Part shown: positions 1-10,214 of the stretch, piece by piece
How positions within the stretch are numbered: position 1 is the stretch's first letter
Layout of the letters: every line of letters starts with the position of its first letter
NCBI GenBank assembly: GCA_963845755.1
Contig: CAWJTV010000006.1
Coordinates: 1 to 64,000, forward strand
Direction: 5' to 3'
Length of the DNA: 64,000 nt
DNA from: an uncultured Planctomycetota bacterium
GTDB taxonomy: Bacteria; Planctomycetota; Planctomycetia; Isosphaerales; Isosphaeraceae
The notes under the pieces: generated by a model
Databases searched by the model: none
What the model was told of the DNA's origin: nothing
The model's input: the letters and a program-made list of their open reading frames with translations, nothing else
Position numbers and translations under genes: made by a program

Positions 1-574
1 TTTGCGTTTTATCTCCAGGCGCGACGGCTTGCAAGAGGGTTGTTCCCGAAAATACGAATTTTTTGCACACGCCTCGCTTATCATCGCCACGATTCGACGC
101 AAGGCGCTTCCGAAACCATCAGTATGGACTCAACTTGAGGCGTCTGCCGTCTACGGCGAAACGTCTTTTTGCGTCGGCAACAGGCCGCCAGGTGATGACG
201 TGTCCCGCGGGCCGCGGTTCACACGAGGCTGGTTACCGAAGACGGCGAGGAGCCCAAAGCGGGTGCTGGGCCGCCTCGTCCGGCGCAGGTCGCCGCCTCC
301 GATGGCGGCGATCTCCTCGATGGTGCAAGCAGACGGGATGTCGAGGACGGGCCGATCATGCTCGTTGGGGCGTCGCTCAGGTCCGAGCGACTCGCCCCAC
401 GTACCCACCGGTCTTTGTCGTGAAAAGCCCACATGGCAGGATGCCACGTAGATAGCGATAAGGTGCGATTAGCGAATAGCTTGTAGCGTCTTGAGCGATC
501 GAGGGACTTCCGGCACCCCGGTGGTTGGAAACGATCCCACACGGCAAGCGATGAGAAGCCTCCTCTGCGACCGC

Positions 575-1660
575 GTCTCTTGTACATGCTGGAATGGCTG
601 CGAGAAGACCAGTCCGCTCATCCGGCCCTGGAAGCCATCAACGACGCCTGTCGCAAGCCGAATGAGACCCGGCGGCGCCGCTTCCTCGAGCCCGTCACAA
701 CCATCGATCTCTTCTAACTCCAGATCCTCCACGGCAACACTGCCCCACAGTTCGTCGTCCAGTTCGGTCGCTGGAGCGTCACCGACAGCGCCTACCGCCG
801 GGCTCGCGGGCGTTTACCGTTGCGCGTCTACCACCACCTGCTGGAGCAGACGGTCGCCGCGGTTCGTCGGGCGACCGACCAGGAGTGGCGATCGTTCGGC
901 CATCGGGCCCGGGTCGTCGAAGGCCCGAGCTTCTCGATGCTCGACACGCCCCGAGTTGCAAGCGGCGTTAGCGGCCTGGCTGCGGGTTCCCGGTGGCCAG
1001 GTGGCTGGCCCCGGCACCGGCAAGCTGCTCCGATCCGCGACGGCCCCGCTGCGGTCCCACGAGATGTCGCGGCGCGGCGCCATCGCCGATGACGACGAAC
1101 CCGGCGATGCCGTGAGTGGGGACGGGGGGTCAGCTCGTATGCACACCTGGCGATCCTCGTGGCCCGCCGCCCGCACGGTTTGCTCTGCGTGCTTCAGGAG
1201 CATGTGGTCGACTTGCCGCCGGGCGCCTCGGGAGTCGGCGCGGGAGTTCGACAACGCCCCGGCCCTGCCGCATTCGCGGCGGGTGCGGGCGCGGCGCGAG
1301 TCGGGCCAGGTCGTCGCACGGTACAAGCCGAAGGGTAATCCGGTGTGGACATCGGATCAGGAGTAGGCGGCGGTGCCGTCGGAGATCACGTTGCGCGGCC
1401 TGCAATACCCGGCGGAGTCGCCGGGATTCCGCGTCGGCGCGGTGACGGTGGCGACGACGCTGCTGGACGCGGCGGCCTACCCGGACGACGAGATGGCAGC
1501 GTTGTACTTCCGGCGCCGGCTGGTGGAAGTAAATAAATGTAATAATATTATCAATATTAATAAATTTATCTATCAGATGACCCAGGGCGTGCTCGAGGAG
1601 TTGACGACGTTCGCGCCACCCTGCGAACCTGGCGTGATCGGTGGCGACCGAGTCGGCGCG
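575..1660 (+). pseudogene. IS4-family transposase, decayed
   Basis: Fragments in several frames resemble planctomycete IS4 transposases: 'LEPVTTIDLF*LQILHGNT', 'SAYRRARGRLPL', 'GHRARVVEGPSFSMLDTP', 'PGFRVGAVTVATTLLDAAAYP..AALY..R..VE'. In-frame stops at 715-717 and 1364-1366. Confidence 0.75.
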
Positions 1661-2113
1661 GGCCCAGAGGGGCCGTAGGGAATCAGCCTGGTCGATACGA
1701 TCCGCTGGTTGATCGGGACGTAGGGAGACAGCGATATGGCCGTGCTTGGTGGTCAACCCGGCTCGTCCGGAGACGTATCTCTGGATTACCGAACCGCGAG
1801 CGTTCCTCCGGAAGAAGTTGCCCATGAAAGGTTTGTGACGATCTTTTCGGCATCCCGCCATGTCGCCGTTCTTCCCTTCGTCGTTCGAGGATGACTCGGT
1901 GCTCGGGAGCTACCGCCTGCAGGCCAGTGGCACGGATTCTCTCGGTCCAGATGATCCCCAGCAATCGACGATGAGTTATGAACCCGGCCGCTTTGGAGTC
2001 CTCACGGGCACCGGGACGTCAACGCAGGCTGACGCGAGGCACGGGACAGGCCGGTTGGCCGACATGGACAGGCCTCCCATCGCTCGTCCGGGTCGAAGTT
2101 CTCCTCGAGGGCT

Positions 2114-2156
2114 AAGAAAGAGAGCAGGCTGGCCACGGCCGTAGCCGTGGCCAGCC
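2114..2156 (-). terminator. Probable intrinsic terminator of the minus-strand gene run
   Basis: Perfect 13-bp stem GGCTGGCCACGGC/GCCGTGGCCAGCC (2127-2156) with a cUACGg loop on the minus strand, followed by UGCUCUCUUUCUU; just downstream of the 2179 stop. Confidence 0.65.
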
Positions 2157-2178
2157 CGTCTCGTCGATGGGGGTCGCC

Positions 2179-2508
2179 TCAGGGGCGGTAGAAGCGATGC
2201 TTGCGGAGCGCGTGGTCCGACAGCGCCATCGCCGCGACGCCGCCGAGGATCGCACCGGGGAGACCGGCTCCCTCGTACCCCATGAACGCGGCTATGAATC
2301 CCATGGCCACGACAGACCCCGTACTGGCCTGATTGAAAAACGTCTTCCGATCTCGTCCGCGAATGGTCGGGAATATCAGGTCGTAGACTTGTCTCAGGCC
2401 GAAGTCCATGAAGCTGTTCGGCCGGACCGGCGGCTTGCCACCACGATAGCGATGCGGCGGACGCCGGCCCGGACGCTTCCGACGACGATTCGGATAGGGT
2501 CGGCTCAT
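2179..2508 (-). CDS. Small membrane protein, unknown function
   Basis: 109 aa with two Gly/Ala-rich hydrophobic segments; ATGA overlap with the upstream gene at 2505-2508. Confidence 0.6.
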   Translation of the reverse strand: MSRPYPNRRRKRPGRRPPHRYRGGKPPVRPNSFMDFGLRQVYDLIFPTIRGRDRKTFFNQASTGSVVAMGFIAAFMGYEGAGLPGAILGGVAAMALSDHALRKHRFYRP

Positions 2509-3059
2509 CCGCCCTCCTCGCCGGCCGGCGGGATCGCCAGCGCCTCGCGCTCGAGCTGGGTCGGCTCGTCGCCGAGCAACTCTCCGACCTTGGTCCAGAG
2601 CTGGCGGACCTGGGCCGGAGAACAGGCCAGCCAGACGGTGTCGAGCAAACGATCCTTCTCGGCACGGAGCTGGAGAATCCGGCGGCCGACCTCGTGTTCG
2701 GCCAGCAGCTCGTCCTCGTGAACCGCCTGCCGCTGGGAAACCGCCCTGGTGACCTCGGTCTCGTGTCGGCCGTAATAGACTTCTTCGATCTGGTCGATCT
2801 CGACGCCGCGCACCCGGGCGAGCATGGCGCGCTGGGCACGCCGCTCGCGCCGGGCGAGCACCTCCTTCTGGGCGGCGATCTGGTCCAGTTCCGATTGGAA
2901 CTCGGCCAGTCCCAGCGAGGCCAGGGCGCGCCCTCGAGCCGAGAGCTTGATCCGGTCCAGCAGGCCGGGATCGCCAGTCAGGATCCCCTCGATCCGACGG
3001 TTGATCTTGGCCTCGATCCGGTCTCGCCAGTGGGTCTTCTCGGCGACCGTCAAGCCCAT
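2505..3059 (-). CDS. Hypothetical coiled-coil protein
   Basis: 184 aa, protein-like composition, GGAGG RBS upstream, co-oriented with neighbours. Confidence 0.75.
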   Translation of the reverse strand: MGLTVAEKTHWRDRIEAKINRRIEGILTGDPGLLDRIKLSARGRALASLGLAEFQSELDQIAAQKEVLARRERRAQRAMLARVRGVEIDQIEEVYYGRHETEVTRAVSQRQAVHEDELLAEHEVGRRILQLRAEKDRLLDTVWLACSPAQVRQLWTKVGELLGDEPTQLEREALAIPPAGEEGG

Positions 3060-3121
3060 GTCAGGTCCTCCATTCGATGGATGGTCATTCCGGGTTGTCC
3101 TCGACGCTTACCGACGGCTGC

Positions 3122-3604
3122 TCAGATCTGGCTGGCCGCCTTGAGGGTGTCGATGAGCCGGCTGGCCTGGGGCAGGCTCAGATCCTCCGGCCGATCGACT
3201 CCGAACTCCTGCAGCAAGCCCTCAAGGTCGGCATGCTGCCGGGTCGCGATGGAGCGAATCGCCCGGATTTGGTTCTCGGTCGCCGGCTTGCGAGTTCGGG
3301 ATCGCCCGGCCGGCGGAGGGTCGGTGCGACCGTTGCCGTTGGCGTGGCCATGGGTCGTCTGGCGGGGCGGTGAGGGCGGCGGGTCTTGCGGCGCCGCGAC
3401 CTGGACCTGCAAGCGGGCCAGTTCGTCGTGGACGGCCTGATGGGCGGCGACGTATGCGCAACGGACCCGGGCATGGAAGGCATCCAGGTCGCGATCCAGC
3501 AGGCCGGTGTCGATCTCCAGCTCGAGGTGGCACGAGGCGCCGACCGAGCCGTAATCCGGCTGGCCGACCTTGCGCGAGACCCCGACGTTCAACTTCAAGG
3601 ACAC
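3122..3604 (-). CDS. Hypothetical protein of mobile-element type
   Basis: GTG start after AAGGAGGT; N-term '[23 protein letters not shown]', low-complexity linker, C-term 'ATENQIRAI...[13 protein letters not shown]'. Confidence 0.75.
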   Translation of the reverse strand: MSLKLNVGVSRKVGQPDYGSVGASCHLELEIDTGLLDRDLDAFHARVRCAYVAAHQAVHDELARLQVQVAAPQDPPPSPPRQTTHGHANGNGRTDPPPAGRSRTRKPATENQIRAIRSIATRQHADLEGLLQEFGVDRPEDLSLPQASRLIDTLKAASQI

Positions 3605-3707
3605 GGTGTGGACCTCCTTCATGACAGGGCATGGGACCGGGCCGGCGATTCGGCCTAACGTTAGTCGAGCCCGGTGGCACGCCGGCCTGGTGTCGCGGGA
3701 TGTCTCG

Positions 3708-5186
3708 TCAGGCGACGACATCCTGGAGCTTCAGCTCGCGGAGCGATCTGAGGGTTTCGCTGACCAGCCGCGACTGCTTGCGCTGGCGCCGCAGGCCGGC
3801 GATCAGGCGGGCCGTTCGGGACTTGGCGTCGGCCAGGGCCGCGTGCAGGGACTCGGCTTCCTCGAGCAGGGCGGCCAGGTTGGTGCCGGGCGGCTCGGCG
3901 CCGGCGGGACTCGTCGTCTCGGCCCGTGTCGCCGCCATGTGGCCATGGGTTTCGGCCGCCCGCGTCGCGTGGCCATTTCTCCCGGCGGATTCCGACATCG
4001 GTCTCCTCGTGGTCTCGTTGCGGGTTCGGACACGACTTTCGGGGCCGGCCGCCGCGCTCGATTCGATGCGCGTCACGTGCGCGTTCCCGTCGAGCGGCGA
4101 CCCGCCGCTCAGGGGTTGGACCGTGAACATCTTCCCTTCAGCGCGGCAGACGAACGGCGAATCGACTCCCGCAAAGCCGACTTCCGTGAAGCCCAACCGG
4201 AGAGCCCGATCGAGCAAGACGCGATTCGTCGCGATACAGAGCGGCGAGCCGGTATAACTCGACCGGCTGAGGATCAGCTCCGTCACCTGCTCGGTCTGGT
4301 CGGCAGCGCTGGCCCGGACGGAAATCCGGCCGTTCAATTCCAGGGTCACCGGGCTGTTCGGTTCGTCGCCGCCAGGCAGTCGTTCCAGGGCCGATTCGAG
4401 GAACCGCGCGTCGGCCGGGTCCAGCCGCAGCCGGGTCGAGACCTCACCGTCGGTGGGAATCACCCGCTGCAGGTCGGGGAACCGCGCTTCCTTCTGGATC
4501 TCGGAGTAGATCGTCCAGGCCCCGGCGCGGATCACGACATGGGTGTCGGTCTTTCCGACCTCGACCGGCTGATCGTGAGGGATCGCCCGGCAGCCGAAGA
4601 TTGGGCGACCCTTGATCAGGAGGTTGTCAGACCAGGGGAACGTATAGCCCGAGCGAACCAGGCCCTGCCGGCCGTCCGTGGCCAGGATCTTGCCGTGGTT
4701 CCCCTGGAGCTGGATACACTCCAAGGAGTAGCGCGGCGAGTCGGGGAGGCCGATCTCGGTCGCCACGGCCAGGGCGCCCAGCAAGTCGCCCGGATTCGAT
4801 GCCCAGTTCGCGGGTAACGCCGGCATCGGCTCCACGCGATCGACGGGCGTCACGAGGTTGTACTCGCGGCTCTGGGGAATGCCGCGATCTTCCCATCGGA
4901 CGACGGTCCGATCGGGGCCGACCGACTCGAGGACGACGGGCGAGTCGGCCGAGCCCTCGAAGTCGGCCAGGGCGTCGAGCGGGATGGCAATACTCGTTGC
5001 AGGCCGGTCGCTACCCGGCTCGACGTGCTCGATTGCCAGGTCGCAGTACCGATATTGCGCCCGTAGTTGACCCCCTTCGGCGCGGAGCACGAGCTCGGAG
5101 ACGATCCCCCGATGGCTGATGCCCAGGGCCGCGCGGCGGAAGGCGACACGGAGCCGACGGACCTGGTTTCGGGTCAAGGTGATCAT
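3708..5186 (-). CDS. DNA polymerase III beta (sliding clamp)-like protein with C-terminal coiled-coil extension
   Basis: Clamp-like motifs '[10 protein letters not shown]...KILATDGRQ' (cf. R..L.G....VATDGHRL) and '[12 protein letters not shown]' (cf. EG.FPDY.RVIP); 492 aa. Confidence 0.65.
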   Translation of the reverse strand: MITLTRNQVRRLRVAFRRAALGISHRGIVSELVLRAEGGQLRAQYRYCDLAIEHVEPGSDRPATSIAIPLDALADFEGSADSPVVLESVGPDRTVVRWEDRGIPQSREYNLVTPVDRVEPMPALPANWASNPGDLLGALAVATEIGLPDSPRYSLECIQLQGNHGKILATDGRQGLVRSGYTFPWSDNLLIKGRPIFGCRAIPHDQPVEVGKTDTHVVIRAGAWTIYSEIQKEARFPDLQRVIPTDGEVSTRLRLDPADARFLESALERLPGGDEPNSPVTLELNGRISVRASAADQTEQVTELILSRSSYTGSPLCIATNRVLLDRALRLGFTEVGFAGVDSPFVCRAEGKMFTVQPLSGGSPLDGNAHVTRIESSAAAGPESRVRTRNETTRRPMSESAGRNGHATRAAETHGHMAATRAETTSPAGAEPPGTNLAALLEEAESLHAALADAKSRTARLIAGLRRQRKQSRLVSETLRSLRELKLQDVVA

Positions 5187-5263
5187 TCAGGAAGACTCCT
5201 GGTGGGGTGTATCGTGGTCGATGAATGAAACGAGCTACGGTGACAGGGCTGGTGCTTTGGCGG

Positions 5264-5581
5264 TCAGGTGGGGATGTAGCGGCGCCGGGCCGGGGTCGGG
5301 CTCACGGCCGCCCGCGAGCTGGCCGGGAAGACGTCGCGGTCCTCGAACTCGAAATAGACATCGCAGCCGTGGCACTCGGCCAGGGCGTTCGAGCCGTTGC
5401 GGGATCGGCCGGGATACGGCACCTGGCCGCTGCAGAACGGGCAGTGGACGACCAGGCGGATCTCCTCGGTTACCGGCTCCTCGCAGGGCTGCGACTTCAA
5501 CTGGAAGCCGAGTCGGCGGATCACGGACACCGACTCGCCGGTCCTGGCGGCGATCCGCGAGTTGAGCTGGGTGCGGGTCAT
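5264..5581 (-). CDS. Small protein with helical N-terminus and Zn-ribbon
   Basis: ATG 5581 after GGAGG; 'MTRTQLNSRIAARTGES', CPFC...CHGC. Confidence 0.6.
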   Translation of the reverse strand: MTRTQLNSRIAARTGESVSVIRRLGFQLKSQPCEEPVTEEIRLVVHCPFCSGQVPYPGRSRNGSNALAECHGCDVYFEFEDRDVFPASSRAAVSPTPARRRYIPT

Positions 5582-5757
5582 GATGGCCTCCTGCCGCGCC
5601 GGCCCGGTGCCCCGCATCCCGGCGCGCACCCGCCTCCCGGCCAGGGCGCACCGGGAGGGAGCACTGCGGGGCCGGACGCGGGGTGATGTCGAGGGTAGTG
5701 AAGGAAAAGACGGCCGGATGCCGGCCGCGGGAAGGTCGAACGAAGAAGAGCAGGGTT

Positions 5758-6003
5758 TCAGACGGAGCCGTTCAGCCAGTGGCATTCCAGCCAGTCGTGC
5801 TCGGCGTCCAGGGCCTGGCTGCGGCGATCAAACGGACCGAGCACCGGGCCTCCCACCGGCGTCAGGTCGGCCCGCCAGCGGCCTTGCTCGTCGGGCTCGA
5901 CCTGGCTGGCCCGGGTGATCGTGGGACGGCCCAGCACGGTGAGGTCGATCATCTCGTTGTAGATCGCCAGGACCGTCCCGTCGGGCTTGACGAGCAGTTT
6001 CAC
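5758..6003 (-). CDS. Small hypothetical protein
   Basis: 81 aa 'MKLLVKPDGTV...RASQVEPDEQGRWRADL...EHDWLE', directly after the DUF3150-like gene. Confidence 0.7.
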   Translation of the reverse strand: MKLLVKPDGTVLAIYNEMIDLTVLGRPTITRASQVEPDEQGRWRADLTPVGGPVLGPFDRRSQALDAEHDWLECHWLNGSV

Positions 6004-6006
6004 GAT

Positions 6007-6988
6007 TCAGACTCCGCGGCCGGGGTGTTGCGGAGGATCCGCCGTCGCGGCCGGTCCACCAGCATCGCGTCGAGTGACGACTGGACCCGAGAGAGCTGGG
6101 TGGCCACCTGGCTCCGGATCGCCTCGCTGTCGCGCAGGTCCTGCGCACCACATTTCGTACGGCCCGCTGGGCCTGGGCCACCAGGTCGTCGAGCTGCTGA
6201 TTGGACCGGACGTTCAACGAGCGGAAACGCTCGAAGAAGTCGTCGAGATTGCCCACGACGGTGTCGCGAAACACCTTGGGCGTCCCGTCCTCGTTGGTAC
6301 CCGAGATTCGCTCCGTGAGATGGTTGACCAGGCGGCCGAACTCGTCGACGAACGCCTGCTCGGCCAGCCGAACGGCCTCCTCGAACCGGGCCCGGACCCG
6401 CTCCTGCTCGCGCTCGTAGAGCCCGGGCGCGAGCTGGACCAGGTAATCCGGCGGCTCGATCGAGGGGAAGTCGTAGGAGACGCCAAAGAGGCCGATCAAC
6501 GTATCCGGGTAATCCGACGGATTGTAGAGCGAGCCCAACCGGCGGGCCGCCGCCTGCTTCAGCTCGTCGAAATGGCGATCGAGGTTGGCGACCGCGTCGT
6601 CCAATTCGACGCGATAGTCGGCCATCTGGCGGTCGAACTCCTCCACGCTTTCCAGTTTGATGAGTCGGACTCCCGCCTCCGGGAATGGGAGCGAGAGGCC
6701 CTTCCAGTAATCGCCGATCTTGGTGCGGATGGCCGTCACGGCGCGGAACGCCGTGTGCTTCGTGTCGAGCAGTTTCTTGCCGGCGGACAGGAACTCGCCC
6801 TCGGCGTCGAACGCCTGGGCAGCCTGGGCCTTCTGCTCGGACGTCAAGGTGCGTTGCACGCCCCACCACGTGAACGAGACGCGGCAGGCGGCCATGGTCG
6901 TCCGGAGCCGCTGGGCCGCACCGGTCGTGACGGCGATGCCGTGGCTCGAAACGGGATCGGTATCAAGGTGGTCAAGCAAGGTCGGCAT
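6007..6988 (-). CDS. DUF3150-like protein (one frameshift near 6148)
   Basis: 'LSAGKKLLD', 'SLPFPEAGVRLI', 'LYNPSDYP'; the C-terminus 'QDLRDSEAIRSQVATQL...VDRPRRRILR' continues in another frame. 3' end approximate. Confidence 0.65.
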
Positions 6989-7117
6989 TTCACCTCCGGG
7001 GGAACGGGATCAAGACAACGAATCACGCTTTCCGGGCGACCAGGGTCCGGCCGCTCGCGAGTGCTGAGACTGGGGTTCAGACAGGGATGCGGACGGATAC
7101 GAGAACCCAGCAACTCC

Positions 7118-7732
7118 TCACCCGCACGCCGCCGGCCCGTCGTCCTGGAATCTTCGCCAGCTCTCGTGCAACCAGGACCGAGCCTGGCTGATCGCGGCCG
7201 GAGTCACGCCCACTTGCTGCGCCACCTCGAGCGTCCCGTGCCCCGCGGCCAGCAGCTCGGCCGTCGTCCGTCGCCGCGGTGCCAGGGCCTCGAGCCACGC
7301 CGCGTAGTCGACGCGAAAGCACGCCTCGTCTGCCGGAGTGCAGCAATTGGTCCAAATTCCCGCGTCTTCCTCGTCAACGGTCTCGTCGCCGCTGGCGTTG
7401 ATGACCCGGAATCCACGAGCCTTCTGTGCCTTGCGATGGTAAATGTCCATCGCCCCCCGGCCGCCCGACCGATTGGCGATCCGGCGGCCGTTCCGGACGT
7501 AGCGGACGGCGTAGTTGGCGATGCCGCAGACGCCGACCTCCAGCGGGTCCCGGCCGCGGGAGATCAGGCCGACCCAGGCGCTCCAGCAGGCGGCGATGGC
7601 CTCGGCCAGGACGTCCTCGTAATCCTGTCGCTTCAGCCGCAGGCGCCGGAAGGCGAAGCGGGTGGTCTTCTCGACGACCGGGAGGTGGGCCGTGAACTCG
7701 CGGTGGGCGTCGTTCAACGATGCGATGGACAT
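7118..7732 (-). CDS. Sigma-70/ECF-like DNA-binding protein
   Basis: AAGGAG RBS; region-2-like 'YEDVLAEAIAACW'; region-4 HTH 'GHGTLEVAQQVGVTPAAISQAR'. Confidence 0.65.
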   Translation of the reverse strand: MSIASLNDAHREFTAHLPVVEKTTRFAFRRLRLKRQDYEDVLAEAIAACWSAWVGLISRGRDPLEVGVCGIANYAVRYVRNGRRIANRSGGRGAMDIYHRKAQKARGFRVINASGDETVDEEDAGIWTNCCTPADEACFRVDYAAWLEALAPRRRTTAELLAAGHGTLEVAQQVGVTPAAISQARSWLHESWRRFQDDGPAACG

Positions 7733-8737
7733 GGCGGTCTCCTTGATGCTGGGACCGCCCCCGCCGGGAACGGTCCGTGGTTGAACCGTTCGAAGCGAGA
7801 ATAGACGAAGGATCTCGACCGATCCTGCCGAAAGGATGGGCCGATGGGGGTAGGTGCTCCGAGAGATTGCGTGAAATGGAACCTCGCCTTCGACATTCCA
7901 GGTCCGATGAACCGAGGGACGAGGGGATCACATTCGCTGAGATCAGGCTGCCATCGCAATGCAGCCGGAAGACGAATCCATTGCCGGGACGGACTCTACG
8001 CCGAGGAAGCCGCTGTGCTCGGCCGCCTGGGGCGCATTGACGACCGCCGCCTGGATCACCGCCGTCGCCTGAAGCTCGAAGCTCAACCTGGCGGCCATGA
8101 TCGAGGACCGGTGCTCGGACCGTCGCGTACTGGACCGGCCGATCCCGTCGCGCGGGCTCGAGATGAAGCGACTGGCGTTCCTGGCGGCGCTCGACCGGAT
8201 CGCGCCCGTGCCGCGCTCGAAGAAGCCGGCTGAGTGGCGCGTCGAGCTGCGCCAGCTCTTCGAGGTATCGCCGGGCGCGGGGCTGGACATCCCAGGGACG
8301 CGCCAACGCCGTCTCGCCACCCGCGGCAAACCACGGTCGCCGGCGCCGCGGCGGGGTTGTGGCGGTATCCGAGGGGGTTTGTTATCGCCAACCGGGAGCC
8401 ACCCTCCTCGATCGTGGTGGCCAGATGCCTGGAGGCCAGAAAGGGCCGGCGGCTGTTCGCGGGCTAGCGACGGTTCGGGCGCGGTGCAGCCTGGCGGGTG
8501 CCGCCTAACGTTAATGCGACTCCAGGATCCTGAGGGGCGGCGAGGAGTCTTCTCGATTGACCGTGGCGGATTGCTGGGAAGGTTGCCATGTTGGGCCTCT
8601 GGTCCTGGTGGACGCGATCGGCGACGACGAAGCTGACCACGATCCGGGCGGCGTCGGCGCACGGCACGTCCCAGACAATGAGACTTTGAGGCGGGACGGA
8701 TGCAGCGGGATGGGTCCACCACTCGGAAAGCGAGAGC

Positions 8738-9250
8738 TCAAGTTCTCGGCACGGGCCACAACGCCGGGACTGGCGAGCCCTCGAAATCCCCTCGAGGACC
8801 CTCGTGGCCGCATCGTCCGCAGTGCATGGCGATCCACTCGTAATCGGCCGGCGTCTTCTCGGAAATATCGATCGAGAGCCCATCGGCCGAAGTGGCATCG
8901 CGGATCAGTGTGGCCAGGGAGCTGATCCTGACGAAAAAGTCCTCCCGCTCCCCGCAGCGCCGGCAGCGAAGTTGGACGAGATTGGACATCGGTCTTCCTC
9001 CTTCGTGGCAAGGATCACGTGCCGTCGCGCGCCGGATGGCGCCGGCGACCAGGTGGGCGGCGCGGTCGGGCGGCAAACCCTGGGCGACGAGCCAGTTCGC
9101 CGCTGCGTTGTCCGTGGTCGCCCACTTCTGGCCGCCGGGATCAACACGCATGGCCAAGTGGCCGATGCCCGGGCTGACTGCCAGGCTCAGATCGAGGCCG
9201 CCGGCCCGGTAGGTCTTGCGGCCATGCCGCTCGACGTACGGGAACGTCAC
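8738..9250 (-). CDS. Hypothetical Zn-ribbon protein (possibly two genes, second start 8989)
   Basis: CRRC...CGRC motifs; internal GGAGG RBS before MSNLVQ. Confidence 0.5.
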   Translation of the reverse strand: MTFPYVERHGRKTYRAGGLDLSLAVSPGIGHLAMRVDPGGQKWATTDNAAANWLVAQGLPPDRAAHLVAGAIRRATARDPCHEGGRPMSNLVQLRCRRCGEREDFFVRISSLATLIRDATSADGLSIDISEKTPADYEWIAMHCGRCGHEGPRGDFEGSPVPALWPVPRT

Positions 9251-9257
9251 GGGGAAT

Positions 9258-9729
9258 TCACGGCTCGTCTTCGGAGGCGGCGATCAGCGGAGTGCGACCA
9301 ATCGCGGTGCAGTCGCGGACATAGGCATCAGCCAGGTCGGTCCAATCGGGATCGCCCGCCGGCGCGACGATCTGGTAGTCGTCGCGGATGCAACCGCCGG
9401 TCACCTCGATCGTCTGGATGAAGGTGTCCAGGGCCGACCGGATCGCAGCCACCGGCGCCTCGTCGAAATCATCCCGGGCCGACTCGTATCGGCACAGTAC
9501 TGTTGAACGCGTCGGCCAGATCAGCTCCGGACTCTTCGGAAGGTGACGGAGGGGCTGGCGGCTTGAGCCCGGCATCCTCAAGCACTCCCGAGACGTACTC
9601 GATCGTCTCGATGTTCCATTGCTTGTCCGGATCAAGCTCGTTGGTGCGGTGGTCGCGCCAGAGGATGTCTCGAATCTGATCCGCGATGGACTCCAACTCC
9701 TCACGCGACAGCTCGGAAGGGTTCTTCAT
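9258..9729 (-). CDS. Hypothetical acidic protein (probable frameshift near 9495)
   Basis: 'MKNPSELSREELESIADQIRDILW...' joins 'FIQTIEVTGGC...DWTDLADAY' across a frame change. Confidence 0.5.
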
Positions 9730-9808
9730 GGTGGACTCCGGGGTAGACGACCCTGCCGGGCTCTTGAACGGAATTCTCACGCCCGATTGAGACGACTGGT
9801 GGCCCAGT

Positions 9809-10075
9809 TCAGACCGGCGGCTCCTCGCCGTACTGGCGCCGGATCCCGGCCCGCATGAACGGCTCCAGCGTCGGCACCTTGACCTCGAACACGGCGTAAT
9901 GATGATCGAAGAGGGGCGTCTCATCGACCTGCACGAACATGCGCACCGGGACGCCCGGATGCTGCCGGGCATAAGCGACGCAGGCCGTCACGCCCTGTTC
10001 GAAGCTCGTGAAGGTGGCCGGGGCCTCCCGGGGTTCACCCGGGATCTCCAGGGCGATCCGGTAGGGAATACTCAA
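9809..10075 (-). CDS. Hypothetical protein
   Basis: 88 aa, GGAG RBS, co-oriented. Confidence 0.5.
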   Translation of the reverse strand: MSIPYRIALEIPGEPREAPATFTSFEQGVTACVAYARQHPGVPVRMFVQVDETPLFDHHYAVFEVKVPTLEPFMRAGIRRQYGEEPPV

Positions 10076-10214
10076 GAGCGGTTCTCCGGTGGTTCGGTGG
10101 TGGGTAGGGGATGGTGACCGAGCGCTTCATCTTCACGAGTGGCCGCGTGGCGACCGATCCCGGGCACGACACATGGCAGTGCCCGGAACCGATCCGCCCG
10201 TCCAGCGTTCCCGA

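Noticed and set aside
1..560. Short ORFs at the window start
   Set aside because: No family similarity or clear RBS.
5987..7804. Long plus-strand ORFs such as this 605-aa one (also 37794-39683, and 57147-58751 on the minus strand)
   Set aside because: Antisense shadows of real genes, expected in high-GC DNA.
7740..8730. Several overlapping ORFs on both strands
   Set aside because: No recognisable motifs, Arg/Pro-rich; a decayed gene cannot be excluded.
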